From: Chthoniobacteraceae bacterium
GTDB lineage: Bacteria > Verrucomicrobiota > Verrucomicrobiia > Chthoniobacterales > Chthoniobacteraceae
Direction of reading: 5' to 3'
Length of the DNA: 64,000 nt
NCBI GenBank assembly: GCA_040081625.1
Contig: JBEBGD010000013.1
Location: forward strand, 20,390 to 84,389
Below the pieces are notes generated by a model. That model saw only the letters and a program-made list of their open reading frames with translations, made no database searches and had not been told where the DNA came from. Both the position numbers and the translations under genes were made by a program. The first letter of the stretch is position 1. Every line of letters starts with the position of its first letter. This document shows positions 18,831 to 30,711 of this stretch, piece after piece.

Positions 18831-20023
18831 TGTCTGCCAAGCGCGACTACTACGAAATCCTCGGCGTTCCGAAGAACACGAGCGCGGAGGACTTGAAGAA
18901 GGCCTACCGCAAGCTCGCGGTGAAATATCACCCGGACAAAAATCCGGGCGACAAGACCGCGGAGGATAAATTCAAGGAACTCGGCGAGGCGTATGATGTC
19001 GTGAGCGACCCGGACAAGCGCGCGGCCTACGATCGCTTTGGCCATCAGGCGTTCGCGGGGCCCGGCGGTGCGGGACCGCGCGGCGGCCCGCCCGGCGGCG
19101 GTGGATTCCACGACCCATTCGATATTTTTCGCGAGGTCTTCGGCAGCTCCGGCGGTGCTGGCGGCGGTGGTGCGGGCGCGGGTGGGATCTTCGAGCAGTT
19201 CTTCGGCGGCGCTGCGGGCGGCGGCGGGCGCGCCGATCGCGAAGGCCGGCAGCGCGGGTCCGACCTGCGCTACGATTTGCAGATCACGCTCGATGAAGCG
19301 GCGCGCGGCGTGGAAAAGGAAATCGAAGTCTCCAAGCTCGATGGGTGTTCGACGTGCAACGGCTCCGGCGCGGAGGCGGGATCGAAAGCGGTGACGTGTC
19401 CGCAGTGCAGCGGGCGCGGGCAGGTCGTCAGCGCGCGCGGATTCTTCCAGGTCTCGCAGACGTGCCCGCGGTGCCGGGGCACGGGGCAGGTCGTCGAGCG
19501 GCCATGCCGCAAGTGCGGCGGCGAAGGCCGCACCGAGCAAAGCTCGCGCATCAAGCTGCGCATCCCGCCGGGCATCGAGGACGGTTCGCGCCTGCGCAGC
19601 GTGCGCAACGGCGAAGCCGGCATCCGCGGGGGTTCGCCGGGCGATCTCTACGTCGTCATCCACGTGAAGGAGCATCCCATCTTCGAGCGCGACGGCGAGG
19701 CGCTCTTCTGCGAGGTGCCGCTCGGGTTCACGGTGGCGGCGCTCGGAGGCGAGATGGAAGTGCCCACGCTCGGCGGGAAGGCGAACGTAAAAATCCCCGC
19801 CGGAACGCAGAGCGGCACGGTCTTCAAGCTGCGCGCCAAGGGCATGCCGGTGCTGAACTCGAGCCATCACGGCGACCTGATGGTGCGCGTGGTCGTCGAG
19901 GTGCCGACGAAGCTCAACGCCGAGCAGCGGGGCAAGCTCGAGGAACTCGCCGCGATCATGGGCGAGGAAAATCGCCCGCTGCACCGGAGCTTTTTCGAGA
20001 AGGCGAAAGGCTTCTTTAGTTGA
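18830..20023 (+). CDS. dnaJ: Chaperone DnaJ
   Basis: [13 protein letters not shown]-rich region, four CxxCxGxG motifs. Confidence 0.97.
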   Translation: MSAKRDYYEILGVPKNTSAEDLKKAYRKLAVKYHPDKNPGDKTAEDKFKELGEAYDVVSDPDKRAAYDRFGHQAFAGPGGAGPRGGPPGGGGFHDPFDIFREVFGSSGGAGGGGAGAGGIFEQFFGGAAGGGGRADREGRQRGSDLRYDLQITLDEAARGVEKEIEVSKLDGCSTCNGSGAEAGSKAVTCPQCSGRGQVVSARGFFQVSQTCPRCRGTGQVVERPCRKCGGEGRTEQSSRIKLRIPPGIEDGSRLRSVRNGEAGIRGGSPGDLYVVIHVKEHPIFERDGEALFCEVPLGFTVAALGGEMEVPTLGGKANVKIPAGTQSGTVFKLRAKGMPVLNSSHHGDLMVRVVVEVPTKLNAEQRGKLEELAAIMGEENRPLHRSFFEKAKGFFS

Positions 20024-20790
20024 TGGGTGCGCCGCGATTTTACATCGAGCCCGCAAGCTGGAACCTCGACCGACTCGCGCTCGACGCCGACGACGCGCAC
20101 CACTGCCTCGACGTGCTGCGGATGAAGGCCGGCGAGCGAGCGACGGTCTTCGACGGGCGCGGGCACGAGGCGACCGTCGAGATCTCGACGACGGCGAAGG
20201 ATCGCGTCGAGTTGAGAGTGCTCCAGCACGCGAAGACGCCACCGATCGGCGCGCAGATCGTCCTCGGCCAGGCGGTGCCGAAAGGAAAGAACATGGACCT
20301 CATCATCGAGAAGGTGACCGAGCTTGGAGCGGCGGAGATCGTGCCCTTGCTCAGCGAGCGGACCGTGGTGCGGCTCGATGCGGCCGATGCGAAGGACAAG
20401 CGCGGGAAGTGGCAGCGCGTGGCGATCGAAGCGTGCAAGCAATGCGGACAAAACTGGCTCCCCGAAGTCGCGGCTCCGCTCACGCCAAAAGCATTCTTCG
20501 ATTCGCGGCCGAAGTTCGACCTGATGCTCATCGCTTCGCTTCAGCCCGACGCGCGGCACCTCAAGGATGTGCTCGCGGAGATCACCGGCGGCGGCGTGCT
20601 CGCGAAGACGAAACGACCCCGTCGCGTGCTCGTGCTCGTGGGACCGGAGGGCGACTTCACGCCGGCTGAGATATCGCTCGCGCGCAGCGCCGGCTGCCAG
20701 CCGATCACGCTCGGTCCGGTCATCCTGCGCACCGAGACCGCGGCGATCTATTGCGTGAGCGTTCTCTCGCACGAACTGCACGCGCCGTGA
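20023..20790 (+). CDS. rsmE: 16S rRNA m3U1498 methyltransferase
   Basis: HHCLDVLRM, EACKQCG, VGPEGDF, LGPVILRTETA. Confidence 0.93.
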   Translation: MGAPRFYIEPASWNLDRLALDADDAHHCLDVLRMKAGERATVFDGRGHEATVEISTTAKDRVELRVLQHAKTPPIGAQIVLGQAVPKGKNMDLIIEKVTELGAAEIVPLLSERTVVRLDAADAKDKRGKWQRVAIEACKQCGQNWLPEVAAPLTPKAFFDSRPKFDLMLIASLQPDARHLKDVLAEITGGGVLAKTKRPRRVLVLVGPEGDFTPAEISLARSAGCQPITLGPVILRTETAAIYCVSVLSHELHAP

Positions 20791-20809
20791 AGTTTCACGG
20801 AAAACCCAG

Positions 20810-20845
20810 TTGACACTCCGGGCGCTGCTCCTAGCTTCGCCACCC
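20810..20845 (+). promoter_or_regulatory. Putative sigma70 promoter of rplM-rpsI
   Basis: TTGACA (20810)-16 nt-TAGCTT (20832), then GC-rich discriminator. Confidence 0.55.
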
Positions 20846-20857
20846 TTTTTCCGAGCC

Positions 20858-21325
20858 ATGCCCAGGCACACCGACTTCAAACCCACCTTCTCCGCCAAAG
20901 CCCACGAAATGCCCGCCCAGCGGCGTTGGTATATCATCGATGCCGCCGACCAAGTGCTCGGTAAAGTCGCCGTCAAGGCGGCGAATCTCCTCCGGGGCAA
21001 AGACAAGGCGATCTTCACACCGCACTGCGACACGGGCGATTTCGTGATCGTCGTGAATGCGGGGAAAGTCGTGCTGACCGGCAAGAAGGAGACGCAGAAG
21101 ACTTACATGAGCTTCTCCGGATACGTCGGTGGCCACAAGAGCGAGACGGTGCGCGACCGCCGCAAACGCCGGCCCACGCTGCTCGTCGAGCACGCGGTCA
21201 AGGGCATGATCCCGCACAACAGGCTCGGACGCCGGATGATCGTCAAGCTCAAGGTGTATGCGGGTGCGGAGCATCCGCACGCCGGGCAGAATCCGACGCC
21301 AGTTTCCGCCGCGGCGCACGTCTAA
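20858..21325 (+). CDS. rplM: 50S ribosomal protein L13
   Basis: WYIIDA, LRGKDK.IFTPHCDTGDFVIVVNA, LKVYAGAEHPH. Confidence 0.97.
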   Translation: MPRHTDFKPTFSAKAHEMPAQRRWYIIDAADQVLGKVAVKAANLLRGKDKAIFTPHCDTGDFVIVVNAGKVVLTGKKETQKTYMSFSGYVGGHKSETVRDRRKRRPTLLVEHAVKGMIPHNRLGRRMIVKLKVYAGAEHPHAGQNPTPVSAAAHV

Positions 21326-21336
21326 ACTTTTCGAAC

Positions 21337-21726
21337 ATGTCCCAAGAACTCATGGCCACTGGCCGTCGCAAAACCTCCGTAGCTTCCGTGTGGATGGTCG
21401 CGGGCACCGGGCAAATCGTCGTCAATAAACGGCCCTTCGAGGAATACTTCCGCACCGTCGTTCTCCAGAGCCACGCGATCCGGCCGCTGGAAGTGGCGAA
21501 TGTGATGAAGACTTTCGATATCAAAGTCCGGACCCGTGGCGGCGGCAGCAGCGGCCAGGCCGGAGCGCTGCGCCTCGCACTCGCGCGTGCGCTGCTGGAG
21601 ATGAATCCCGAGCTTCGGGTTGCGCTCAAGGCGGAGTCGCTCCTGACGCGCGATCCGCGCAAGAAAGAGCGCAAGAAGCCCGGCCAGCCCGGCGCCCGCA
21701 AGCGCTTCCAGTTCAGCAAACGCTAA
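21337..21726 (+). CDS. rpsI: 30S ribosomal protein S9
   Basis: TGRRKTSVA, GGGSSGQAGA, LTRDPRKKERKKPG, QFSKR. Confidence 0.97.
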   Translation: MSQELMATGRRKTSVASVWMVAGTGQIVVNKRPFEEYFRTVVLQSHAIRPLEVANVMKTFDIKVRTRGGGSSGQAGALRLALARALLEMNPELRVALKAESLLTRDPRKKERKKPGQPGARKRFQFSKR

Positions 21727-21760
21727 ACCCTTTTCCGAAGTCGGAACGGCTTCCCACTAG

Positions 21761-21810
21761 AGCCCGCGCTGCACGGCCCCCGCAATCGTGCAGCGCGGGT
21801 TTTCTATTTC
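21761..21810 (+). terminator. Intrinsic terminator after rpsI
   Basis: CCCGCGCTGCACG...CGTGCAGCGCGGG stem followed by TTTTCTATTT. Confidence 0.8.
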
Positions 21811-21874
21811 TCGTCATCAAGGAAAGCTGCGGTTGCGGAGCGCAGAGCAACCCCGATAGTCCGCGCCCCAAAAA

Positions 21875-23680
<1,806 letters not shown>

Positions 23681-23742
23681 GCCGGCGAGCCGGCGTTTTC
23701 GGACCGGGTGTGCGGCTCGCAAGCATTTTCGAGAAAGCAGCC

Positions 23743-23770
23743 TTGACGCCATCGTTATGGTATTTCTAAT
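23743..23770 (+). promoter_or_regulatory. Putative sigma70 promoter of the lysyl-oxidase-like gene
   Basis: TTGACG-16 nt-TCTAAT in an AT-rich patch about 30 nt before the ATG. Confidence 0.45.
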
Positions 23771-23801
23771 ACCGATCGCTGTCTTAAACGCAGCCCGCAT
23801 C

Positions 23802-26800
23802 ATGAGCTATCGCATTCTCCTCCTCATCCTCTGCGCCGCGGCGAGCATTGCTCCCAAGGCGCTCGCCCAAGAACTCCTGCCCGATCTCGTCCCGATCGCC
23901 GATCAATCCTCGGCTTATCTCCACGGATGGACGCTCGATACCTCCTCGCAGCCGGGGCGCACGCTGTTGCGGCTCACGACCACCATCGGCAACCGCGGCC
24001 CCGGGCCGCTCGAGATTTGGGGCGGCGCAGTCGATGAAGACGCACTCACGCAGATCGTGAACCAGCGCATTTACAGCGTCGGCGGCGCAGTGCGCGACCG
24101 CCTTGCGGGGCACTTCGAGTATCACTCGGCGCACGGGCACATCCACTTCGAGGGCTTCGCGACTTACAATCTCCGGCGCGTTGCGACCGGCAACGGCGTC
24201 GGGACGATCATCGCTTCGGGCGGGAAGACGAGTTTCTGCATCCTCAATGGCCGCAACTACTGGCCGGACCTCTACAACGCAGCACCGATCCGCAACGGTC
24301 GCGGCGGCGGCGGATGCGGCACGATCCAGGGGCTCAGCGTCGGCTATGCGGACATCTACGATTCCGCCCTGCCGGGGCAATGGATCGACGTGTCGGGCGT
24401 GCCGAGCGGTTCGTATTGGCTGGAAGTCATCGCCGACCCGGACAACCACCTCTCCGAGACCGACGAGACAAATAACACCGCGCGCATCCTCGTCAGCTAC
24501 ACAAACCCGCAGCCACTCGCGCCGAACCGCACGCCGGTGGTCACGAATCCCGGCAATCGCAGCAGCGGCCGTGGCACCTCAGTAGGCGTGCCGATCGTCG
24601 CGAGCGATCCGGATAACAATCCGCTGACCTACGCGGCGACTGGACTGCCCGACGGACTCGGGATCGACGAAGCGACGGGCTTCATCTCCGGCACCGTGTC
24701 GCCCGCGGCGGCGCCGAGCTACGCGGTAAATGTGATCGTGAGCGACAGCCTGCTCTCGAGCAGCGTGTCCTTCACATGGACGACGACGGTGCCGGCAAAC
24801 GGCACGGGACTGCGCGGCGAATACTTCAACGGCACGGGCTTCAACACGCCGGTGCTCACGCGCACGGATGCGACGGTGAACTTCAGTTGGAACAGCAACT
24901 CGCCCGCGTCCGGCGTGGGCGCGGACAACTTCTCCGTGCGCTGGAGCGGGCAGGTGCTGCCGCAGTATTCGCAGACCTACACCTTCAGCGTCCTCTCCGA
25001 CGATGGTGCGCGGCTGTGGGTCAATGGGCAGCAGATCATCAATCGCTGGAGCACGGGCAGCTCGACTTCGTCGGGCACCATCGCGCTCACCGCGGGGCAG
25101 CCGGTCGCGATCGTGCTCGAATACTTCGAGTCCACTAGCAAGGCGCGGGCGCAGCTCTCGTGGCGGAGCGCGAGCCGGTCGAGCCAGGTCATCCCGCAGA
25201 ACCGACTTTTCCCCGCCGGGATCAACCGTGCGCCGGTCGTCTTCAGCCCAGGCGAGCAGACCGGCGTCGTCGGCGAAAGCGCGGCGCTCAATCTCAACGC
25301 GAGCGATCCCGATGGGAACACGCTCACCTATTCCGCGAGCGGCTTGCCGACGGGTCTCGCGATCAATGCGGCGACCGGCGCGATCACCGGCACGTTCGCG
25401 GCGGCGGGCGATTTCAACGTCAGCGTCAGCGCGAGCGATAGCCAGCTCTCGGCGAGCGCGGCGTTCCTGTGGCGCGTGAGCGCGGCGACGGCGGGGAGCG
25501 GGCTTTTCGGCGGATACTTCAATGGCGCCGGGCTCGATGCGCCGGTGTTTCAGCGCGTCGATGGAAGCATCGATTTCAACTGGGGCGCCGGCTCGCCCGA
25601 TCCGCGCATCGGGGCGGATAACTTCTCCGCCCGGTGGAATGGCGACATCCTCCCGCAGTTCAGCGAGACCTACACGTTCAAGATCGTCGCGGACAACGGC
25701 GTGCGCTTCTGGGTGAACACGGACCTGCTGATCTACCGATGGGACCCGGTCAGCGGCGCGCCGCCCGCAGGCACGTGGACGGGCAGCGTGCAGCTTGTCG
25801 CCGGCGTGCGTGTGCCGATCCGGCTCGAGTATTTCGACGCGACCGGCACGGCAAACGTGCGGCTGCTCTGGAGCAGCCCGAGCCAGCCGGAGCAGGTCGT
25901 TCCGATCTCGCGACTCTTCCCGGTCGCCGATCAGTTTCACGACGATTTCGACGACGACACACGCGACCCGCTGCGCTGGAATGTCGGCACGCTGCTCGGG
26001 CAATTCGGCTCGCCTGCCGGGCAGGATGCGCTCGTCGGCGTCGCGGAAAGTGGCGGGCGCCTGGTTGTGACGCCGCGCAACGGCCAGGGCGGCGACCGCT
26101 ACAATGGATTCGTCGCGGCGACGCCGTGGAATTTCTCCGGCCTCGGCGTGAGCGTAGAAGTCGTGCAGGCCGCGGCATCCGGGGCGGACACGATCTTCGC
26201 GGTGTGCAAGGACTCGCGCACGTTCGTGGCGATGATCGTCGAGTCGGGCCGGCTCTATTTCGACCAGAGTGTGAACGGCACTCGCGATGTGACCTCGATC
26301 CCCTACAGCCCGGCACAGCATCGGTTCTGGCGAATCCGGCACATCGACGACCATGATCACCCGCAGGTCGTCTTCGAGACGAGCACCGACGGCGCGACGT
26401 GGGCGGTGCAGCGCAACGATGTTCCGCGGTTTCTCCTCAGCGCCGTGAGGCCCGAGTTGAGCGGGGGCACCGCCTTCGCGGCGCAAGGAACGACGCCGGC
26501 CGTGTTCGATAACTTCCGCTACTTCACCACGGCCGCGACTCCGCCGCCCGTGAATCAGCCGCCCGTCGCCAATCCCGGCGGCCCGTATGCGGGCACGGTC
26601 GGCCAGGCGATTTCATTCAATGGCACGTCGTCCGGCGATCCCGACGGCAGCGTCGTCGCGTATGCGTGGACCTTTGGCGACGGCGGCGCCGCGACCGGCG
26701 CGACACCCACGCGCACTTACGCCGCACCGGGTAGCTACACCGTCACGCTCACCGTCACCGACAACGAAGGCGCGACCGCGACCACCACGACGACCGCGAC

Positions 26801-27683
26801 CATCTCCGCCGTGGCCAATCAGCCGCCCGTCGCGCGGCCCGGCGGTCCGTATGCCGGCGGAGTCGGCCAGGCGATCGCGTTCAGCGGCCTCGCGTCGAGC
26901 GATCCAGATGGCAGCATCGCCGCGTATGCGTGGAATTTCGGCGACGGAACCACCGCGACCGGCGCGACTCCCTCGCGCGCCTACGCCGCCGCGGGCAGCT
27001 ACACCGTCACGCTCACCGTGACCGACAACCAGAACGCGACTGCGAGCGCCACGACCACCTCCACGGTGACCGGTGCTCCCGCCGTCGCGCTCACCGACGA
27101 CTTCAACGACAACGTCCGCGACCCTGCGAAGTGGAACATCGGCACCCTCATCGGCCAGTTCGTCAGCGCAGCGGGATTCGATCCGGCGGTCCCGGTGCAG
27201 GAAACCGGCGGTCGCCTGCAGATCACGCCGCGCACCGGCGTCGGCGGCGACCACTACTCGGGCTACCTCAGTGCGGCGGCGTTCAACTTCACCGGCCTCG
27301 CCGCGAAGGTCGAAGTGCCGCAGGCGACCACGAATGGCGCGGACACGATCTTCGCCATCGCGCAGGACTCGCGCAATTTCGTCTTCATCGTCGTCGAAGC
27401 CGGGACGCTCTACTTCGACCGCTGCGTCGCTGGCGTGCGGCAGGTTTCCGGCATTCCTTACAATGCTGCGACGCACCGGTGGTGGCGGCTTCGCCACGAC
27501 CCGGCAGGCAACCGCGTGCACTTCGAGACGAGCGCCGATGGTGCGTCGTGGACCTCCCACCGCAACGACACGCCTGGCTTCGCGCTCACGGGAGTTCGCG
27601 TCGAGTTGAGCGCCGGCACGTTCGGTTCAATCGCGAACACGCTCACGGCGACCTTCGATAACTTCACCCTCTCAGCGCCCTAG
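23802..27683 (+). CDS. Secreted lysyl-oxidase-like protein with 2x putative Ig, 2x PA14, 2x PKD and a duplicated beta-rich domain
   Basis: Signal peptide; LPDLVP, HGHIH, KTSFC, GYADIY...QWIDV; GLRGEYF...DNFSVRW...SDDGARLW (PA14); DPDGSVVAYAWTFGDG (PKD). Confidence 0.85.
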   Translation: MSYRILLLILCAAASIAPKALAQELLPDLVPIADQSSAYLHGWTLDTSSQPGRTLLRLTTTIGNRGPGPLEIWGGAVDEDALTQIVNQRIYSVGGAVRDRLAGHFEYHSAHGHIHFEGFATYNLRRVATGNGVGTIIASGGKTSFCILNGRNYWPDLYNAAPIRNGRGGGGCGTIQGLSVGYADIYDSALPGQWIDVSGVPSGSYWLEVIADPDNHLSETDETNNTARILVSYTNPQPLAPNRTPVVTNPGNRSSGRGTSVGVPIVASDPDNNPLTYAATGLPDGLGIDEATGFISGTVSPAAAPSYAVNVIVSDSLLSSSVSFTWTTTVPANGTGLRGEYFNGTGFNTPVLTRTDATVNFSWNSNSPASGVGADNFSVRWSGQVLPQYSQTYTFSVLSDDGARLWVNGQQIINRWSTGSSTSSGTIALTAGQPVAIVLEYFESTSKARAQLSWRSASRSSQVIPQNRLFPAGINRAPVVFSPGEQTGVVGESAALNLNASDPDGNTLTYSASGLPTGLAINAATGAITGTFAAAGDFNVSVSASDSQLSASAAFLWRVSAATAGSGLFGGYFNGAGLDAPVFQRVDGSIDFNWGAGSPDPRIGADNFSARWNGDILPQFSETYTFKIVADNGVRFWVNTDLLIYRWDPVSGAPPAGTWTGSVQLVAGVRVPIRLEYFDATGTANVRLLWSSPSQPEQVVPISRLFPVADQFHDDFDDDTRDPLRWNVGTLLGQFGSPAGQDALVGVAESGGRLVVTPRNGQGGDRYNGFVAATPWNFSGLGVSVEVVQAAASGADTIFAVCKDSRTFVAMIVESGRLYFDQSVNGTRDVTSIPYSPAQHRFWRIRHIDDHDHPQVVFETSTDGATWAVQRNDVPRFLLSAVRPELSGGTAFAAQGTTPAVFDNFRYFTTAATPPPVNQPPVANPGGPYAGTVGQAISFNGTSSGDPDGSVVAYAWTFGDGGAATGATPTRTYAAPGSYTVTLTVTDNEGATATTTTTATISAVANQPPVARPGGPYAGGVGQAIAFSGLASSDPDGSIAAYAWNFGDGTTATGATPSRAYAAAGSYTVTLTVTDNQNATASATTTSTVTGAPAVALTDDFNDNVRDPAKWNIGTLIGQFVSAAGFDPAVPVQETGGRLQITPRTGVGGDHYSGYLSAAAFNFTGLAAKVEVPQATTNGADTIFAIAQDSRNFVFIVVEAGTLYFDRCVAGVRQVSGIPYNAATHRWWRLRHDPAGNRVHFETSADGASWTSHRNDTPGFALTGVRVELSAGTFGSIANTLTATFDNFTLSAP

Positions 27684-27854
27684 CCTGCGGGCCGCCGCGC
27701 CGAACTCGGTCTGGGTCGCGGTTCCGTCGGGATCATCCGGGTGCTCCGTCGTCCATTCATCTGGGACGAGCGAGGCGTTTGCAACGGTGTCGCAAACATG
27801 CGGGGCTCGACAGACTCGCACCGAGCGGCTGTGCTCTTGCGCGATCAACGCACC

Positions 27855-28217
27855 ATGAATTCTGACAGCAGCTTTATTGAACTCGTCCGCAGCCTCGTGG
27901 TGCAGCTCCCAGTCGTCCTGGTCTGCATCGCCGGCCTCGTGGTGGCCGTCGTGAAGTGGCGCGAAAGTGGGGGCGCGGCGAAGTGGGCGCTCCTGGGGTT
28001 TGGGGCAGTGCTGTTCCTGAGTTTCGCGATGCCGGTCGTGTATTCGATGATCAATCAATCGAAGATCGCGGGAACTGACATAGCGCAGATCCGTGCATTT
28101 CACATGAGGCTGAACGTGCTGTGGTCTGTCCTCCGGGCAGTGAGCTACGGGCTGCTGCTGGTCGCGATCTTTGCCGGGCGCCGGACTGGTGCGCCGCCCT
28201 CATTGCCGAAGCCGTGA
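27855..28217 (+). CDS. Small hypothetical membrane protein (about 3 TM)
   Basis: ATG at 27855; three hydrophobic stretches. Confidence 0.6.
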   Translation: MNSDSSFIELVRSLVVQLPVVLVCIAGLVVAVVKWRESGGAAKWALLGFGAVLFLSFAMPVVYSMINQSKIAGTDIAQIRAFHMRLNVLWSVLRAVSYGLLLVAIFAGRRTGAPPSLPKP

Positions 28218-28230
28218 ATCACCACCCGAG

Positions 28231-28920
28231 GTGACGACGCTCGCCGACTTGCTCAAGGAACAGCTCGATCAACGCGAGTTCATCCTGCCCGCGGCGTTCG
28301 ATCTCACGGCGACGTTTTTCTTCGCGATCACTGGCGCGCTCGCGGCGATGCGCCGGCATCACGATTACGTCGGATTGTTTGCGCTCGCTTTCGTCGCGGG
28401 CGTGGGTGGCGGGCTGATGCGCGACGGGATCTTCATCCAGACGGGACCGCCCGCGGCGGTGAGCGACGGGCGTTACATCCTCGCGGTGCTCGGCGCGTGC
28501 GTCGTGGGATCGATCATCGGGCATCGCATCGAGCGCTTTCGCAGGGCGATCGCGGTGCTCGATGCGGTGGGGCTCGGCGCGTATGCGGTGGTCGGCGTGC
28601 AGAAATCGCTAAGCGCGGGACTGAGCATCCCGGCGGCGATTCTTGTGGGGATCATCAATGCGGCGGGCGGCGGCATCCTGCGCGATCTGCTCGTGCGCGA
28701 GGAGCCGTTGGTGTTCAAGCCGGGGCAGTTTTACGTGGTCGCGGCGGTGATCGGCTGCGTGCTCTTCGTTGCGTTGACGGTGCTCGCCGGCTGGAGTGCG
28801 CCGCTCGCCGCGCTGGTGGCGATCGCGGTGACGTTTCTTTGCCGCATCTTTTCGATCGTCTTCAAATGGGAGACGAGCGCGGTGCGACCGTGGTTCACGA
28901 AGCCGCCCCCGGAAGGCTAG
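28231..28920 (+). CDS. Trimeric intracellular cation channel (UPF0126) family membrane protein
   Basis: Twice-repeated GGG(L/I)xRD motif, LDAVGLG, multiple TM. Confidence 0.85.
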   Translation: MTTLADLLKEQLDQREFILPAAFDLTATFFFAITGALAAMRRHHDYVGLFALAFVAGVGGGLMRDGIFIQTGPPAAVSDGRYILAVLGACVVGSIIGHRIERFRRAIAVLDAVGLGAYAVVGVQKSLSAGLSIPAAILVGIINAAGGGILRDLLVREEPLVFKPGQFYVVAAVIGCVLFVALTVLAGWSAPLAALVAIAVTFLCRIFSIVFKWETSAVRPWFTKPPPEG

Positions 28921-30287
28921 GCGGCGTCCTGCTGCCGGGCCTCGCGCTTGAAGTGAAGCTTGCCCACCCGGCGACCGTCGGTGTCGGTGATGGTGACGAC
29001 GTAGTTTTCGATGCGCGTCTGTTCGCCGAGCTTCGGAAGGTGGCCGATCTGCGCGGTGACGTAGCCACCGATGGTGCTCACGTCTTCGCTCTCGAGCTCG
29101 AGGCCGACGAGGTCCTTCAGCTCGTAGAGCCCGAGCGAGCCTTCCACGTCGAACTCGTCCTCGTTGACCTTGCGCAGCTCGGGTGCTTCGCGGTCGAACT
29201 CGTCCTGGATGTCGCCGACGAGTTCCTCGAGCACGTTGTCGAGCGTGACCATGCCGGTGGTGCCGCCGAATTCATCGACGACGAGGGCGACGTGCGCGTG
29301 CTTGGCGAGGAAGTAGGTGAGCAGCTTTTCGAGCGGCATCATCTCGGGCACGGGATGCAGCTCGCGCTTGATGCTTTGCAAGGCGGGCGCGGGTTCGCGG
29401 GTGAGGCGCAGCAGGTCCTTGATGTGGACGAGGCCGATGGCGTTGTCGAGGTGGCCTTCGCAAAGTGGGAAGCGGGTGTGCTTGCTGTCGATCGCGACGC
29501 GCAGGTTTTCCTCGAAGGTGTCCTCGGTGTTGAGGAAGACGACTTCGCCACGCGGCGTGGTGATGTCGCGCACGACGCGCTCGCGCATGTCGAGTGCGTT
29601 GATGAGGATTTCCCTGCCGAGCGCGGTGACTTCCTGCTGCGCGGCGCTTTGGGAGAGGATGACGCGCAGCTCTTCCTCGCTGTGGGTGAGGTCGTGCTCG
29701 CTGACCGGGCGGATCTTAAAAACGTGCCGGAGGATGCGGTTGGCGGTGCCGTTGAGGAACCAGATGGCCGGCTTGAAGATCACGTAGAACCAGTCGAGCG
29801 GGCGGCTGATCCAGAGGGTGACGGGCAGGGCCTTGGAAATGGCGATGGACTTGGGCGCGAGCTCGCCGAGGACGATGTGGAGAAAGGTGATGGTGCCGAA
29901 AGCGATCGCGCCGGAGCCGAGGCGGATCGTGGATTCATCGACGACGCCGAACCGGAAGAAGAAAGGCTGGAGGACGCCGGAGAGGAAGGGTTCGCCGACC
30001 CAGCCGAGCCCGAGGCTGGCGAGGGTGATGCCGAGCTGCGTGGCGGAGAGGTAGGCGTCGAGGTGCTTGACGACGTGGCGCGCCCTGCGCGCGCTGCCGC
30101 TGCCTTCGCCTTCGAGCGCATCGAGCTGGCTGCTGCGCACCTTGACGATGGCAAACTCGCTGGCGACGAAGAAGCCGTTGAGCAGGACGAGGAAAATGAC
30201 GATGGCGATCTGCCACACGATCGTGCCGCCGCTTTCCCATTCATGGGCCAGGGCCTCTTGGGCGCCGGAAGCGAGGATTGCGATCAT
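28917..30287 (-). CDS. HlyC/CorC family transporter (DUF21-CBS-CorC)
   Basis: [42 protein letters not shown]. Confidence 0.92.
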   Translation of the reverse strand: MIAILASGAQEALAHEWESGGTIVWQIAIVIFLVLLNGFFVASEFAIVKVRSSQLDALEGEGSGSARRARHVVKHLDAYLSATQLGITLASLGLGWVGEPFLSGVLQPFFFRFGVVDESTIRLGSGAIAFGTITFLHIVLGELAPKSIAISKALPVTLWISRPLDWFYVIFKPAIWFLNGTANRILRHVFKIRPVSEHDLTHSEEELRVILSQSAAQQEVTALGREILINALDMRERVVRDITTPRGEVVFLNTEDTFEENLRVAIDSKHTRFPLCEGHLDNAIGLVHIKDLLRLTREPAPALQSIKRELHPVPEMMPLEKLLTYFLAKHAHVALVVDEFGGTTGMVTLDNVLEELVGDIQDEFDREAPELRKVNEDEFDVEGSLGLYELKDLVGLELESEDVSTIGGYVTAQIGHLPKLGEQTRIENYVVTITDTDGRRVGKLHFKREARQQDAA

Positions 30288-30315
30288 CGGGCAGTCGGAA
30301 AAATTGGGAGGGCCG

Positions 30316-30355
30316 AAAACAGAACGAGCCGCAGACCCGGGGGCCTGCGACTCGT
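30316..30355 (-). terminator. Putative intrinsic terminator after rpsN
   Basis: Minus strand ACGAGTCGCAGGCCC-CC-GGGTCTGCGGCTCGT followed by TCTGTTTT. Confidence 0.65.
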
Positions 30356-30378
30356 CGAAAGTCGGTCTTCGGTCCGGG

Positions 30379-30648
30379 TTACCAGCTCGACTTGGTGACC
30401 CCCGGAATCATGCCGTTGGAGGCCAGTTCGCGGAATGCGATACGCGAGACCTTGAAGCGGCCGATGAAGGCGCGCTTGCGGCCGGTGATCGAGCAGCGGC
30501 GGCTTAGGCGCACCGGGCTGGCATTCCTCGGGAGCTGCTGGAGCGCGAGGTAATCGCCCTTCTTCTTGAGCTCCGCACGCAGCGCGGCATACTTCGCCAC
30601 ACAGGCGCCTTTTTTCTTTTCGCGTTCGAGCCAGCAGGTTTTTGCCAT
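30379..30648 (-). CDS. rpsN: 30S ribosomal protein S14 (89 aa, non-zinc form)
   Basis: [32 protein letters not shown]. Confidence 0.95.
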   Translation of the reverse strand: MAKTCWLEREKKKGACVAKYAALRAELKKKGDYLALQQLPRNASPVRLSRRCSITGRKRAFIGRFKVSRIAFRELASNGMIPGVTKSSW

Positions 30649-30711
30649 GATTATGTCGGGTTTTTTGAGGGCGCGGAAACTAGGGGGGAAAGGAGGGCGC
30701 GCAACTGATTT

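Noticed and set aside
27684..27854. Riboswitch or ncRNA after the lysyl-oxidase-like gene
   Set aside because: Only short imperfect hairpins and no motif I recognise; needs an Rfam scan
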